Below are positions 26,355-38,339 of a stretch of 64,000 nt of DNA, in pieces. Both the position numbers and the translations under genes were made by a program. The notes under the pieces were generated by a model. That model was not told the DNA's origin and searched no databases. It worked only from the letters and a program-made list of their open reading frames with translations. The DNA is from Gracilinanus agilis (lineage: Eukaryota), in assembly GCF_016433145.1 (NCBI RefSeq), contig NC_058131.1, positions 479,957,186-480,021,185 on the forward strand, written 5' to 3'. Numbering within the stretch: position 1 is the stretch's first letter; every line of letters begins with the position of its first letter.

Positions 26355-27240
26355 TTAGTTGGCAACTCTGAGATAACATCTCATACCTATAAGACTGGTT
26401 AACATGACAAAAATAGAAAATTATATATTGGAGATGTGGGAAAATTGGGATACTAATACACTGTTGGTGGAACTGTGAACTGAGACAAGCATTCTAGAGA
26501 CCAATATGGAACCAGTCTCAAAGGTCCATAAAACTATACATACTCTTTGACCCAGCAATACCATTATTGAGTCTTTATCCCAGAGTTCAGAAATAAGGGC
26601 AAAGGACCTTTCTGTCCAAAAATATTTTTAGTAGTTCTTTTTGTAGTGGAAAGAATTGGAAACTGTTGTCCATCACTTGGGGAATGGATGAACAAGTTTG
26701 CAGATCAAAACATGCCATATCCCACTTTTATTTCCTTCATGAAATTTTTATAGTATATGTGAGATGTGTACTCTGTTACAACATGAGCAACATGGAAATA
26801 TGCATTGCATGAAAGTACTGATATATCCCCGTGTTGGTGAAGGTGTGGCGCATGTGCCTCAGAGCCATGGAGGGGGCTGCTTTGTTCCATCTCTCCACAA
26901 TGCCTGAGGACATTTTTTGCATGCACTGCCCCTCTGTCCAGCCCCCCCAATACAAGCACTTCCTCCCTCTGTTGTCTGGGGTAATGCGGGGGGCTCATAG
27001 GCAGCTTGAAGTTGCAGTTTGGGCACACAATCTCAAAAAGGTTTGCCAAAGGTGTTATAACCTATATCAGACTATTCACCACATTAGGGAGTTGGGGGAA
27101 AGGAGGGAAGGAGAAAGTCTGAATCCTATAGAGTCAGAAAACAATTGTCAAAAATTGTTTCTAAATGTAATTGAAAAAAAATTTTAAAGTATTTGGCAAC
27201 CATTTGACAAAATAAATAAAAATAAAATACAAATTTGAAA
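26355..27240 (+). mobile_element. L1 3' region interrupted by a hAT-like fragment
   Basis: ORF2 C-terminal motifs tttgacccagcaatacca and gaatggatgaacaag up to about 26700; L1 tail resumes at about 27055. Confidence 0.7.
26700..27055. mobile_element. hAT-type MITE fragment
   Basis: Ends gaagttgcagtttgggcac...aaaaggtttgcca, a subterminal/TIR motif typical of CAGTGATGGCGAACCT-type hAT elements; GC-richer than its flanks. Confidence 0.45.
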
Positions 27241-28073
27241 AAAAAAAGAGAAAAGTCATGTGGGCTAAGGATTGTTTATCTCTTTATTTTCCTTCTTGCT
27301 ACCATATTGCAATAAATTATTTGGCTTTATGAACAAGATAAATCTATTTTTGTAATAGTTCTACCTATTCTGTGTTCCCTGAATTTTCCAAAATAATGCC
27401 ATTTGAATTACTTTTGGATGAACAGTAGGCCCTGGTAAGTCAGATTATACTAAAAGTACTAGCTAATGCATATGTTTTCCTTCCAAAGAAAATAATGGTG
27501 TAATGTCATTGATCAATTTTTTTTCTTAATAGTTATCTTGTCTTCAGGTACACTTACAAATCAACAGCATAATTAATAATACTTATGGTTTACTGGATAT
27601 TGAAGTTTAACTTATTTTAAGTAAAATTAAGAAGGGCTATAAATGTAGCACTCTTTCAGAAACCTTGAGAATTGTCTTCTTATTTTCCACAATTTTTTTC
27701 AAACATTCTTTTTTTTTTTTTTTTTTTATCCACAACCTTTGAATTCAAGCATTATTTTTGATAGTTCCTAACTGATTCTTTCCTCTAGTTCATCCTTTAA
27801 AAAGGAATATGAAATGAATATAAAAAGAACTTATTTGCATACTTCCATTATTTACATGGCAACATTTACCTATAATCTCTTTTGGTTTCTGTCAGCATTT
27901 GTATTTTTAAGGCTTTTCTAAAAACATGTACACATTATAATGACCCATGTGCCTCCTTGCTCTTCTTTGTCAAGGTAGGAGACTATAGTTATAGAATATT
28001 AAACATAATATCAAACTTCTTTGTGTTGGTTTGCTGTTCTGATTTTCTTTGCTTTTTAAAAATCTTACTCATA

Positions 28074-28277
28074 GGGGGCAGCTAGGTGGCTCAGTGGATT
28101 GAGAGTCAGGCCTAGAGACGGGAGTCCTAGGTTCAAATCTGACCTCAGACACTTCCTAGCATTGTGACCCTGGACAAGTCACCTGACCCCCATTGCCTTG
28201 CCCTTACTACTCTTCTGCTTTAGATCCAATACACAGTATTGATTCTAAGACAGAAAGTAAGGGTTTTTTTAAAAAAG
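28074..28277 (+). mobile_element. Marsupial SINE with TSD
   Basis: gggggcagctaggtggctcagtggattgagagtcagg; flanked by atcttactcata / atcttacttata. Confidence 0.9.
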
Positions 28278-29089
28278 ATCTTACTTATAAAAGTTGATTC
28301 AGTGGGTAAGGAGAAGGATTATATTAAAAAAATGAAGGTGAACCAAATTTGCCTTCTCACTGTTCCTTCCACAAACTATTCTCAGACTCCATGATTTTTG
28401 CACTCTTTCACTTGTCTACAATATAATAATCCTTAGCTTCTTTCAGTGTACCTCCTACATTAAGCCTTTACTAGTTCACTTTTTGCCCTCCTACTTGTTA
28501 GTATTCTCTTCTTAAAATGACTTTGTATATACTTTGTATTCACTATCTGTGGATATTCTCCTCCCCAATACTATGAATTTCTCATAAATCAATTGTGTGG
28601 GTGTGCATGTGAAATTTTGGCATGGTACTTGACCTTATTAAGTGACTGCTGAATTGAGTTAAAAATGCTTATGTGTGACTGAAGTAGAGTGAAGGTTGTT
28701 TATGAGAATTTGAGGTTGATGAACTGAAAGCGAAAGGGTATTTGAGGAGAAAGTATACACTTAAATGCATGTTGAAGGCCCAAACCATGAGAGCAGTTCA
28801 ATGGAGAAAGGAAGTCAAAGAAAGTGTTGAGGGTTATGATGATAGGAATATCTAGATACAATGATATATGAATGAAGTGAATCCCAGAGGAAAAGTGGTG
28901 CCTGAGTGATGATGGAGGTTATTCTGGATGTCCCAATGAGGAGCAAAGAATATATTCTCCTTCTAATGTTAGTGATGGTAAGAATACCCAGTAATTCATT
29001 GGTTTTGGAAAGAAGCTATTTTCAGAGAGTTTAAGAATATTAAAATAAAATTTGCAGAGTTTAAAAGGAAAGGTTTTCTGGTAAAGAGA

Positions 29090-30110
29090 AGTTTATTTTT
29101 GTTAAAAGATTTTATTAATATTGTTTGTTTTTATATTACCTATGTTTCCCTGCTTATCTCTCCTTCCCTCTCCCAGGGAGCCATTCCTTATAAGAAAAAA
29201 AGAGGAAGAAGAGAAAAAAAACAGTTAACCAATCACCTAGCAGTATTACACACTTGGAGATCCCTCTTCTACCTTCTGAAAAAAGGGAATTGTTTTCTCA
29301 TAATTCTTATTTGGGGCCAGAGCTGCTCTTTATAAATTTGCTACAATCATTAAAAAGTTTTTCCATTTTTATTGTTATACCTATTGTATGTAGTATTTTC
29401 TCTGCTCGCTTCATTTTGCATTATTAGCTCAAGAAATTCTTTCTATGCTTCTCTGAATTATATATATTCATTATTTCTTAAAGTAATATTTCATTGCATT
29501 CATGAATCACAATCTGTTCTTTTACATTCTAAATATTTAGAAAAGAAAATGTATATCAGATTCCTTAGTGTCTCAGGAAGGGTAGGGAGGTAGGGAGAAT
29601 CAGAAGAAGGGAGAGAATTTGGAAATCAAAACTTTAAAAAAGGTGAATGTTTAAATTTTGTTTTTACATGTAATAGGAAGAAAAATATTATTTAAAAAAT
29701 AAAATTTATTTATCTCTTTTTACATCACCATAATCTCCCCTAGTTTCTCTCTTCTTCCTTCTCCTCCACCTAGAGAGCCATCCCATATAACAAAAATTTT
29801 TAAAGACCAACAAAAGATAAATCAGTATAATTGATTAATATATCACAAATTGAAAATATGTGCAAAGGTACCACATTTGTAGGCTCCTACTACTGCAAAG
29901 GAATAGGTAGAGTTATCTTCTCATATCGCCTCTTCGGAACCTCTTATTTGCCACCCACGTTATTTCTTATAGCACAGTAATATTCCATTACATTCATGCA
30001 CCACAATTTGTTTAGACACCCCTCAATCAACGATCATATACTGTTTTCAATTTTTTGATATCACAGAAAGTGCTGCTATAACTATTTTTGCCAATGATTT
30101 AGAAAAAAGA
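29090..30110 (-). mobile_element. Cluster of old L1 3'-end fragments (mostly antisense; a short sense piece at about 29570-29700)
   Basis: ttttattaatattg, cacagtaatattccattacattcatg-caccacaatttgttt, gtgctgctataac. Confidence 0.55.
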
Positions 30111-30300
30111 AAAAAAAAAACCTCTTACCTAAGAATGAATACTAAATTATCAGTTCCAAGGTAGAAGAGCAGTAAGGACTAGGCATTTGGGGTTGTGACT
30201 TGTGCAAGGCTACATAGTTAGGCTGTATTTGAGGCCATATTTGAACCCAGGACCTCTGATCTCAAGGCCTGGCTTTCTGGTCATTGAATTGCTCTCTAGG
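30110..30300 (-). mobile_element. Marsupial SINE
   Basis: ctcttacctaagaat...gaagagcagtaagg-actaggcatt...gtatttgaggccatatttgaacccagg. Confidence 0.75.
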
Positions 30301-30329
30301 GATCTTTTAATCAGTAAATCCAACTGCAT

Positions 30330-31490
30330 TTCCTTATCCTCCTTGATTTCTCAGAAACATCTGAGAATGTTTACCACAACTTCCTGGTTACTCTCTGATC
30401 ATTCTCTGTGTTTATACAGTGGATGTTCCCCAAGCCTTTTCTCTTTCAACAAATATCATCAGTTCTGAAGTTGAATTATTATGCAAATGGATCCCTAATT
30501 TTGCATTTAGTCTTTACTCTTTTATGAACTTTAGTTCTTTAACACTATCTCCTTGCTGGACATCCCTAACATAATGCATGCCTTCATAACATTTCCCCTG
30601 GACTTTTTGGGTAACTTTTAAATCAGTCCTTGCTTCCAGTATCTCCCTCCTTAATCCATTCTCTACAGTTACCAAAATAATGATCTTAAAGGGGAAGCCT
30701 AACTTCGTTTCTCTGCTCAGAAATCTCCAGTTGCAGGTGTTGCATCCACCTCCCTGTGTCTCCCCATCAGTTTTCAGCTTCTTTTGGGGTTGTCTTCCTC
30801 CATTGGATTGCAAGCTCATTAAGGACAAGAGCTACTTTTTGCCTTTGTATCCTCAGTGCTAACTGGTGTGCAGTAGCCACTTAATTATGTTTATTGATGA
30901 TTGACTCTTACATCTCATCTCGGTTCAATTCGGTAGACACTTATTTAGAGATTTTTGTGGGTCATGCACTGTGCTAAGTTAGAAATAAAGAATAAAACTA
31001 GTCATTACTTTCAAGAAAGTTTTACTCTCTTGGAAGAGGAAAGGGATAGTGATGCAGCTTGTATATAAATAAGTAAATATAATGTATATACAAAATAAAA
31101 GTAATTTCAAGGAAGAGAGCAGTAACAATGAGGGAGACGGAAAGGCCTCACAAAGAAGATGGCACCTGAACTGAGTTTTGAAGAAAGAGAGCAATCAGGT
31201 TTTTTGAGGAAATAGCAATTTGATGGGAAGGATTCCACCAAGAAAAGAGAAAAAGTAGTTTAGCTGGTCAACATATATAGCAGGCAAAGGGCAAATGTTT
31301 CAGATGAATAAGGAAAGATAAACTAATCCCAGGACCTTTAATGTTAAATGATGGAATCTAAATTTTTTAGTAGGCAAGAGGAAAGCATTAAGTGGTTTTA
31401 AAGAAAGAAGTGACATGATCAGATCTATGCCTAAAAAATATTGCCTGGTAGCTAGTGTGTCGATTGAAGTGAAGAAAGGAGACTGGTTTG
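30330..31490. mobile_element. Two L2 fragments, tail to tail (+ at about 30330-30905, - at about 30920-31490)
   Basis: cctccattggattgcaagctcattaaggac...tatcctcagtgc...cttaattatgttt; then cacttatttagag...cactgtgctaag. Confidence 0.6.
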
Positions 31491-32785
31491 GTTTTGATGA
31501 TGGTTGTCCCTTTAATAGGGTGTTGTGCTGTTAGTCCCTACCCCAACCTACTGAATTGGTTTGCTCTCCAAAGTCTTTAGGCATTCATCCATCCAATAGA
31601 TTTTTTAAAAATATGTGCAAGGTACTTCACATGTTTCTACTTCAAGCAACTTGAACACATAAAATAAGCAAATCCTTTGGTGGTCTGAGAGTTACAAAAT
31701 TAAAATGAAAAATTCCAAAGTAAATCCTTGCTTTAAAATTTTTTTAAAAACAATTACAGAATGCCATCTCTAGAAAGTGGGAGGGAAGGGAAGGAGGGAA
31801 ACAATTTGGGTCATATAACTTTGGAAAATTTATGTGGAAATTTGTTATTACCTATAATTGGTAAAGATTAAAAGTATATCAATATAAACACAGGATCTTC
31901 AATAATAGGGTTTAAAATGGACAAAGTTAAGCTTTCCTTATTGACATTTTACCCCTGAAAATCAAATATTCTGTTTTCTGTAATGATTTGAAAAATAAAT
32001 TATAATATTTGTAAAAGAAAAAATAAATAAAAACAAAACTACATATTAACTTTTTTTTGCAAAGAATATGTATCAATAAGGTTATATCAAAAGATTTTAG
32101 GGCATTTATTAAATCAGTTCTTCCTTACTAGTGATTTAAATGAACTCCATCTTATACCAGAAAACAGATATGTAGTGCAATATAAAGATTGCAAATTTAT
32201 TTATTTATAATTCTTAGCAAGAATTCACTTTCAATTAAAAACCCATACCTCAAGTTTATAAACAATAATAAATAATAATAAATAAAATAACAAATAAAAT
32301 ATGTCTGTTAAAATAAACACATAAACTAAGTTTATTCCCTGGGCTTATGGGAAAGTTGAACAGTAGCCATAGGGGAATAAGGGGATGTTGTGGTATGGAG
32401 ACTAGCATCCTAAATCTCTGAACAATTCATATATGAAGTATTATTTCATTGGAAAAAATAGTGAAGAGAATAATACCTGTTCACAATTCTACATATTTAA
32501 ATTATCTTAGGCCTCAGTATTCATTTGATTTTGTGATTTCATGTGTAAGATTTGTATTTTTTTTTAAGTTCAGTGTTTCTGTGTATTCTACTTGATGTCA
32601 GATCTAAGATTCTTAGGATATAAAGTTCCATTAAAAAATAATAATAATCTCAGCCCCTCCTTCCTCTACACCTCCTCCCCCTGTGCACTCATTTTGTATA
32701 ATATGGTAATGATATCACCGTAGCAGTAATTACGGGTCATCTTCATTTCTTTCATCTCTGCCGGTTCTGATGGCTTCATTCCTTT

Positions 32786-33013
32786 NNNNNNNNNNNNNNN
32801 NNNNNNNNNNNNNNNNNNNNNNNNNNNNNNNNNNNNNNNNNNNNNNNNNNNNNNNNNNNNNNNNNNNNNNNNNNNNNNNNNNNNNNNNNNNNNNNNNNNN
32901 NNNNNNNNNNNNNNNNNNNNNNNNNNNNNNNNNNNNNNNNNNNNNNNNNNNNNNNNNNNNNNNNNNNNNNNNNNNNNNNNNNNNNNNNNNNNNNNNNNNN
33001 NNNNNNNNNNNNN
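32786..33013. other. Assembly gap (N run)
   Basis: Run of N. Confidence 0.99.
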
Positions 33014-35295
33014 GATGTAACTCTTTCCCAGCTCTAGGGGTCAAGAAGATTGGACCTTCATCTTTCTAAGACTGACTATTACCAGCTCTTTGAAATGGAG
33101 ACACCAAATAAGCATCTTCTCTTAAATATCCAAGACACCTAAAATTATCTATATTATACTATTCTTGCTTTTCTTTGGCTTGATGTGGTCCTTAAAACAT
33201 ATCTGTAGTCATTTTAGGGATCAATAAGTTATGGCAAAGTGACATTACTAGTATTTGTTTTATACACTTTTGTTCACTACTCTTTTGTCTAAACTCACAA
33301 AATGGACTATTGTAGTAGGATATTATCCAACTTTATAGATGAGGAAATTGAAGCCCTGAGAATTTGATTAGTTCAAGGTCACATAATGAATATATCTCTG
33401 GGATTTACTACCATATAAGGGTATGGGCAGTTCCTGACAGATCTGTGGGTATTTAATAGTCTACTCCTAAGAATGATAGGAATACATTGCTTTGATTACT
33501 GATTCACATTGCTCATCATTCAGTTCAGTTCTATCCTTGAGAAAGGAAATAAGCTACATCTATGAAGTAGGCTCTGAGACAAAAATGAAAAAGAAACTAA
33601 ATAAAATTGTGAGTGTAACAATTTAATTCCTTGAACACAAATCTTAATATACTTTTGGGGGAGGTGGGATGGTGCTTGTGAATTTGAAAAATAGTCTTAT
33701 TTTTGCACATAAGAGGAGAGCTAATAGAAAAACACATTTTTTTTTTTGATACCTGACAATTAAAATCCTTCCTCTTCCATCTTTCTTATTAAAGGATTAT
33801 GGCTGATATTTCCTAAATTTCACATTTCTGCTCAATGTTTTAAGAATAAATTTATTAATTGAGTATCTTTATCTTATTCTCTCTTTTGTAGTAGGTCATT
33901 TTACACAAATTTATTTATACATTTCATACAAATATTTCCAAGTTTCTCTTGAGTTCCTCATATCTGTTATTTCTTAGGTTGCAATAATATTCTTTTTTCT
34001 TTATGTGCTACAATTTGCTTAACTATTTGCCAGAGAGAATTGTCTTTATTTTTTTGTTTGTTTGTTTCTCGAAAAAGTAGTGGTATTACTAACCCACTGG
34101 AACATATTAGTAGTTTTCTCTCACATACTTCCAAATCATCGTCTGTACCAATTTTATAACCTTACCACTGGTAGGTGTTTACCTTCTTACTGCACTTCTA
34201 AATGTTGAATCTTTCTGACTCTTACTATCTTTGACAATTTGGTTGTAAGGTAAAAAACTTCCAAGAAGTTTTATTTTACATCTCTCTTATTTTTTAGTTA
34301 TTTGGAGCTTTTTTTCATGAAATTGGTTGTTGATAGTTTGAATTTCTTCTTCCTCTCCTATTGGAAGATTGGGCCTGAATTTTGTGTATTTATGTCAACT
34401 CCCTGTGTGTCTTAGATATCAAACTTTTTTGAGAAGCAATTTTGTATAAGGCCCTGGACTTGGAATTAGGAAGACCTGGGTTCAGGTTCTGCTTCTCTTC
34501 ACTTGCCTACTCTGTGACCATGGGGAAGCTCTTTAACTTCTTTGAATTTTAAGCAGTTCTTTACATTTTGTGTTGAAATTGTAATCTGATTTGTGTGGGC
34601 ACTTTACCATGAAATTCTTGATGTATTATCAGACTTTCATCAATGATAGCTAATACTCTACTGTTTTTCTAGTTGCATTGATCTTGTTCAGGTAAACCCT
34701 TTTTAATTCACATATTTCAATTGCAAACTCTTTATGAAAACAATCTATATGCATATAAAGGATATTCTCGATGTATAGTAAAGGAACAGGCAGACTTTTG
34801 CAAATTAAATCCCACAACAGATCACTTTTTTAGAGTTAGGTGAAAGGTTAGGAAAATACAAAATACTCCTAAGCTTACTGGTTGCTGATTCTAATTCAGG
34901 AAACATTTATTAAGCACCTACTAGCTATGAAGCATTCTGCCAGCAGGTAAGAATACAAAGATGAAATGGAAAAACTTCATCTTCTAGGAATTTACTTTCT
35001 CCTGGGGGAACAACAATATACACAAAGATGGATAAATATAAAATATGTACCAAAAGTAATATATAGCAAAGTAACATCTTCTATAAACATGCCTCTTATA
35101 TTTAAATGGGTCCTGGATTCTCCTCCTTGTGAGCATCTTGCAAACACTGTAGGTTATGACCCATTCATACTTTTTCTTTCTCTGTAATTCTTGTCAGCAT
35201 CCTTCCATACATCAATCACAAGAGATATTTCTCACGTGCTGGGATGATCTTCTTGATGCCTTAACATTGCATGGATATTACAGATGCCAGGGGAA

Positions 35296-35561
35296 TGTGT
35301 AGTTAGAAATATCTTAAATCCCTAAAAACTACATTACCCAAACTTCCTTTCTGTATTACCTACAATGCTTTTCCTTTTGTCTATGTTTGCGTGGTCATAT
35401 TTTACATACGTTCTGAGGCTCTGCCTCATGCTTTCTCTTTTTTGCTCTTGGGAGCGGGCTAGTTTAGTACCTTTTAGTTAGTCTCTTTTGTTAGTTTATT
35501 ATTAATAAAACTTTATAAAAATATAATATTTAATTGTTGAATATTAATTTTTAAATCCACA
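35296..35561 (+). mobile_element. Short solo LTR (266 bp, ERV1-type)
   Basis: TGT...ACA termini (tgtgtagttag ... taaatccaca); 4-bp TSD GGAA at 35292-35295 and 35562-35565; AATAAA near the 3' end. Confidence 0.8.
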
Positions 35562-35769
35562 GGAACATATAGGCTGTCTGTTGTTTACCTCTGCTCTAAA
35601 CACATGACTACCTTCTCTTGCCACCATCCATTTTTAATGATGTCATAGTTTATGCCATTTCTTTTGCACAATTCTTGTTGGCAGTGTGTTTCAGCTTTCT
35701 AATGCCCACTATGTGCTTCCATTATTTTTTGCATGACTAGAAACTTTATTTTTTAAAGACTATGTTATT

Positions 35770-35950
35770 GGGACAGCTAGGTCTAGAGATGGGGGGTCTG
35801 GGGCTCAAATCTGATATTAAGACACTTCCTGGCATGTGGCTATGGGCAAATCATTTGACCCCTATTGCCTAGCCCTTACTGCTCTTTTGCCTTGGAACCA
35901 GTTACTTAGTATTGATACTAAGAGAGAAGATAAGGGTTTAAAAAAAAAAA
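35770..35950 (+). mobile_element. Marsupial SINE with TSD
   Basis: gggacagctagg head; flanks aaagactatgttatt / aaagacttgttatt. Confidence 0.8.
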
Positions 35951-37849
35951 AAAGACTTGTTATTCTGTAGAATCCATACATCATCAGTATTGTTGTTTTT
36001 AAAAAGATGTGCTCTTAATTCAGGGAGAAGCTTAGGGTGACTAAAAGCACTATGTAGTTTCCCAAAGGCAATCCAGCCTTGCTCTCTTCCTTTTTGTTTC
36101 TGAGTCTGTGTAATGCCCGTTGCATACTTAGAGCTGATTTTCTGTTATGTATACTAATTAATGTGATGGAAACACTAATTAGACTTACATTTCTCAATGC
36201 ATGCAGTCATATCAATCAATATGTGTAAACATAACAAAAATCAACCCCCTCAAAGAACAAACCAACGATTCAGTAAGCATCTTTCATGGTAAGGATGACT
36301 AGGTTTTCCCTCTACCCAGCTGGAGGCCATGCACCTATTTTTTCACAATAGTCATCTGGTAAGTTTCTGTAAATCAACAATGCCCTTATTTAGATACTAG
36401 CTACTTGAATCTTGAGTTCAGGGTATACAGGAACTTGTCCCAGTCATGACCCAAGCTAGCTCTTCTGGTAGATTTTTTATAGTTATGTAAAGTTATATAG
36501 TTATATATTTCTACAGAGTTTATAGTTCTAGTTCCCAATTTATTTTCCATGTAATTTGATTGACAGTTTATTATATAAACTACTGGTAAAAGAGTTTATG
36601 ATATTTTTCTCTTGGTGGTCTGGTCTATCTTATCAGAGGGTCCATATACTGTTTATCAGTTATCTAAAAATACATTATGCTATTCAATATGTCATACCAC
36701 ACAAGTCTATATCTTCTTACTGAAAAACAACTCACTACAACCTAGATCAAATTTCTTACCATCTTTGTGGAGGAAGGGAGAGGGGAGGGAGAGAGTGAGA
36801 ATTTGGAACCCAACATTTTAGAAAACAAGTGTGAAAAATTGTTTTGCATGTAATTGGGAAAAAATAAAATATTTTGTTTTTTAAAAAAGAAAAATAAGCT
36901 TTACTCAAAACAACTCAGCCATAAAATGGAGGCTTCAAACAAAATAGTTACGCCAAGTTGACAAACATTCCTTCTATTTTATTAAGATAATAAAACATTC
37001 TCACTGTAGCCCAGCTTATGGTCCATACACAGTCTCTGTGAAAGGTGTTTATACTGATGGACCAGCTCCATGGGTTGTGCATATAGCTGTATAATTTGTC
37101 TTGGCAATAGGCACTCTTCATCTACTTAGTTTTTTCCAGGGTGGACAGGTAGACAAAATTTTTTTAGTGCTTCTGGATCTCATTTCAGTGTTCATGGGCT
37201 TGATGCAATCTTTACAATGCTTTTGCTTTGAACTGCATTTGATTTAGTGATGTGTATATATATTAAAATCATACAATGAAGTAACATTTATTTAACACTT
37301 TAAATTTTGCAGATTATATTATCTCATTTGATCTTCACAATAACCAGACAAGATTATTCCTTTTATCATCTCTATTTTACAAAGGAGGAAACTGAGGCTA
37401 AGATGGGTTAAGTGGTTTTTCAAAGGCATGGATCCAGACATTGTGCCAAGTGCTGGGACTACAAATACAAAAGCCAGACAGTCTCAGACCTCAGGGAAGC
37501 CTACATTCTTTCAAGGGAGACAACACATATGGAGTGATGGCTATGGAAGTTGTAGGGATAATGAATGGAGTTATAGGGCAGTGGTAGGTGTAGCAACATC
37601 ACAAGCATATGTCCAGAGAACATCATGGGATGGGCTAGTTTAAATATGGTAACTCCTACCATTCAGGAATAGAGAGCTAAGTCAAGGAAGTCAAGGATAA
37701 GGTGCGGTATCATGGCAGAGCAAAGATATTTTAGCAAAATAGCTATGCCCCTCAAAGATAACTGACACTTTGCTAATATCAAGCAGGTATGAAGTCAAGA
37801 AACATAGGTTTGCCCGTAGTATTTGCCAGTGCCCAAAACAGAGTTCACA

Positions 37850-38129
37850 ACTAAAATGAGATTCCTTGTAAGCTTCCCTGGCTTCTTCAAGTTCCAGCTA
37901 AAATCCCAGCTTCTACAGGAAGTCTTTCTTGATTCTTATTTCTAATGCCTTCTCTCTGCTGATTATTTCCAATTTATCCTGTATCGTTCTTGTTTATACT
38001 AAGTTGTTTACATGTTGTCTCCTCCATTAAATTATGAGCTCCTTGAGGGCAAGGACAGTTTTTTGTTTTCTTTGTATCCCCACTGCTTAACATAGTGCCT
38101 AGCTCACAGAAGGCACTTGATAAATGTTT
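37850..38129 (+). mobile_element. L2 3' end
   Basis: tctcctccattaaattatgagctccttgagggcaaggac...gtgcctagc...cacttgataaatgttt. Confidence 0.75.
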
Positions 38130-38339
38130 GAGGCAGCTAGGTGGCACAATGGTTTAGAGCACTGGGCTTGGAATAAGGAAGACACATCTTCATCAGTTCA
38201 ATTCTGGCCTCAGACACTTTCTAGCCATCTGACCTTGGGCAAGTCACTTAACTTTGTCTCAGTTCCTTGTCTGGAAAAATGAGCTGGAGAAGGATATAGC
38301 AAATCACTCTAGGATCTTTGCCATGAAGACTAAACAACA
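38130..38339 (+). mobile_element. MAR1 SINE inserted in the L2 tail
   Basis: TSD ataaatgttt (38120-38129 / 38340-38349); gaggcagctaggtggcac head; ggcaaatcactctag-atctttgcca body. Confidence 0.85.

Noticed and set aside
26705-27187. 114-118 aa ORFs on both strands
   Set aside because: They lie in a transposon fragment and an L1 tail, with no recognisable domain.
32700-33070. Possible minus-strand pseudogene fragment around the gap (DEGPIFLTPRAGKELH...RNEAIRTGRDERNEDDP)
   Set aside because: Too little sequence outside the gap, the frame across Ns is unknowable, and I recognise no homologue.
35285-35295. Purine tract before the 35296 LTR suggesting retained internal sequence
   Set aside because: GGAA is duplicated on the other side, so it is the TSD of a solo LTR.
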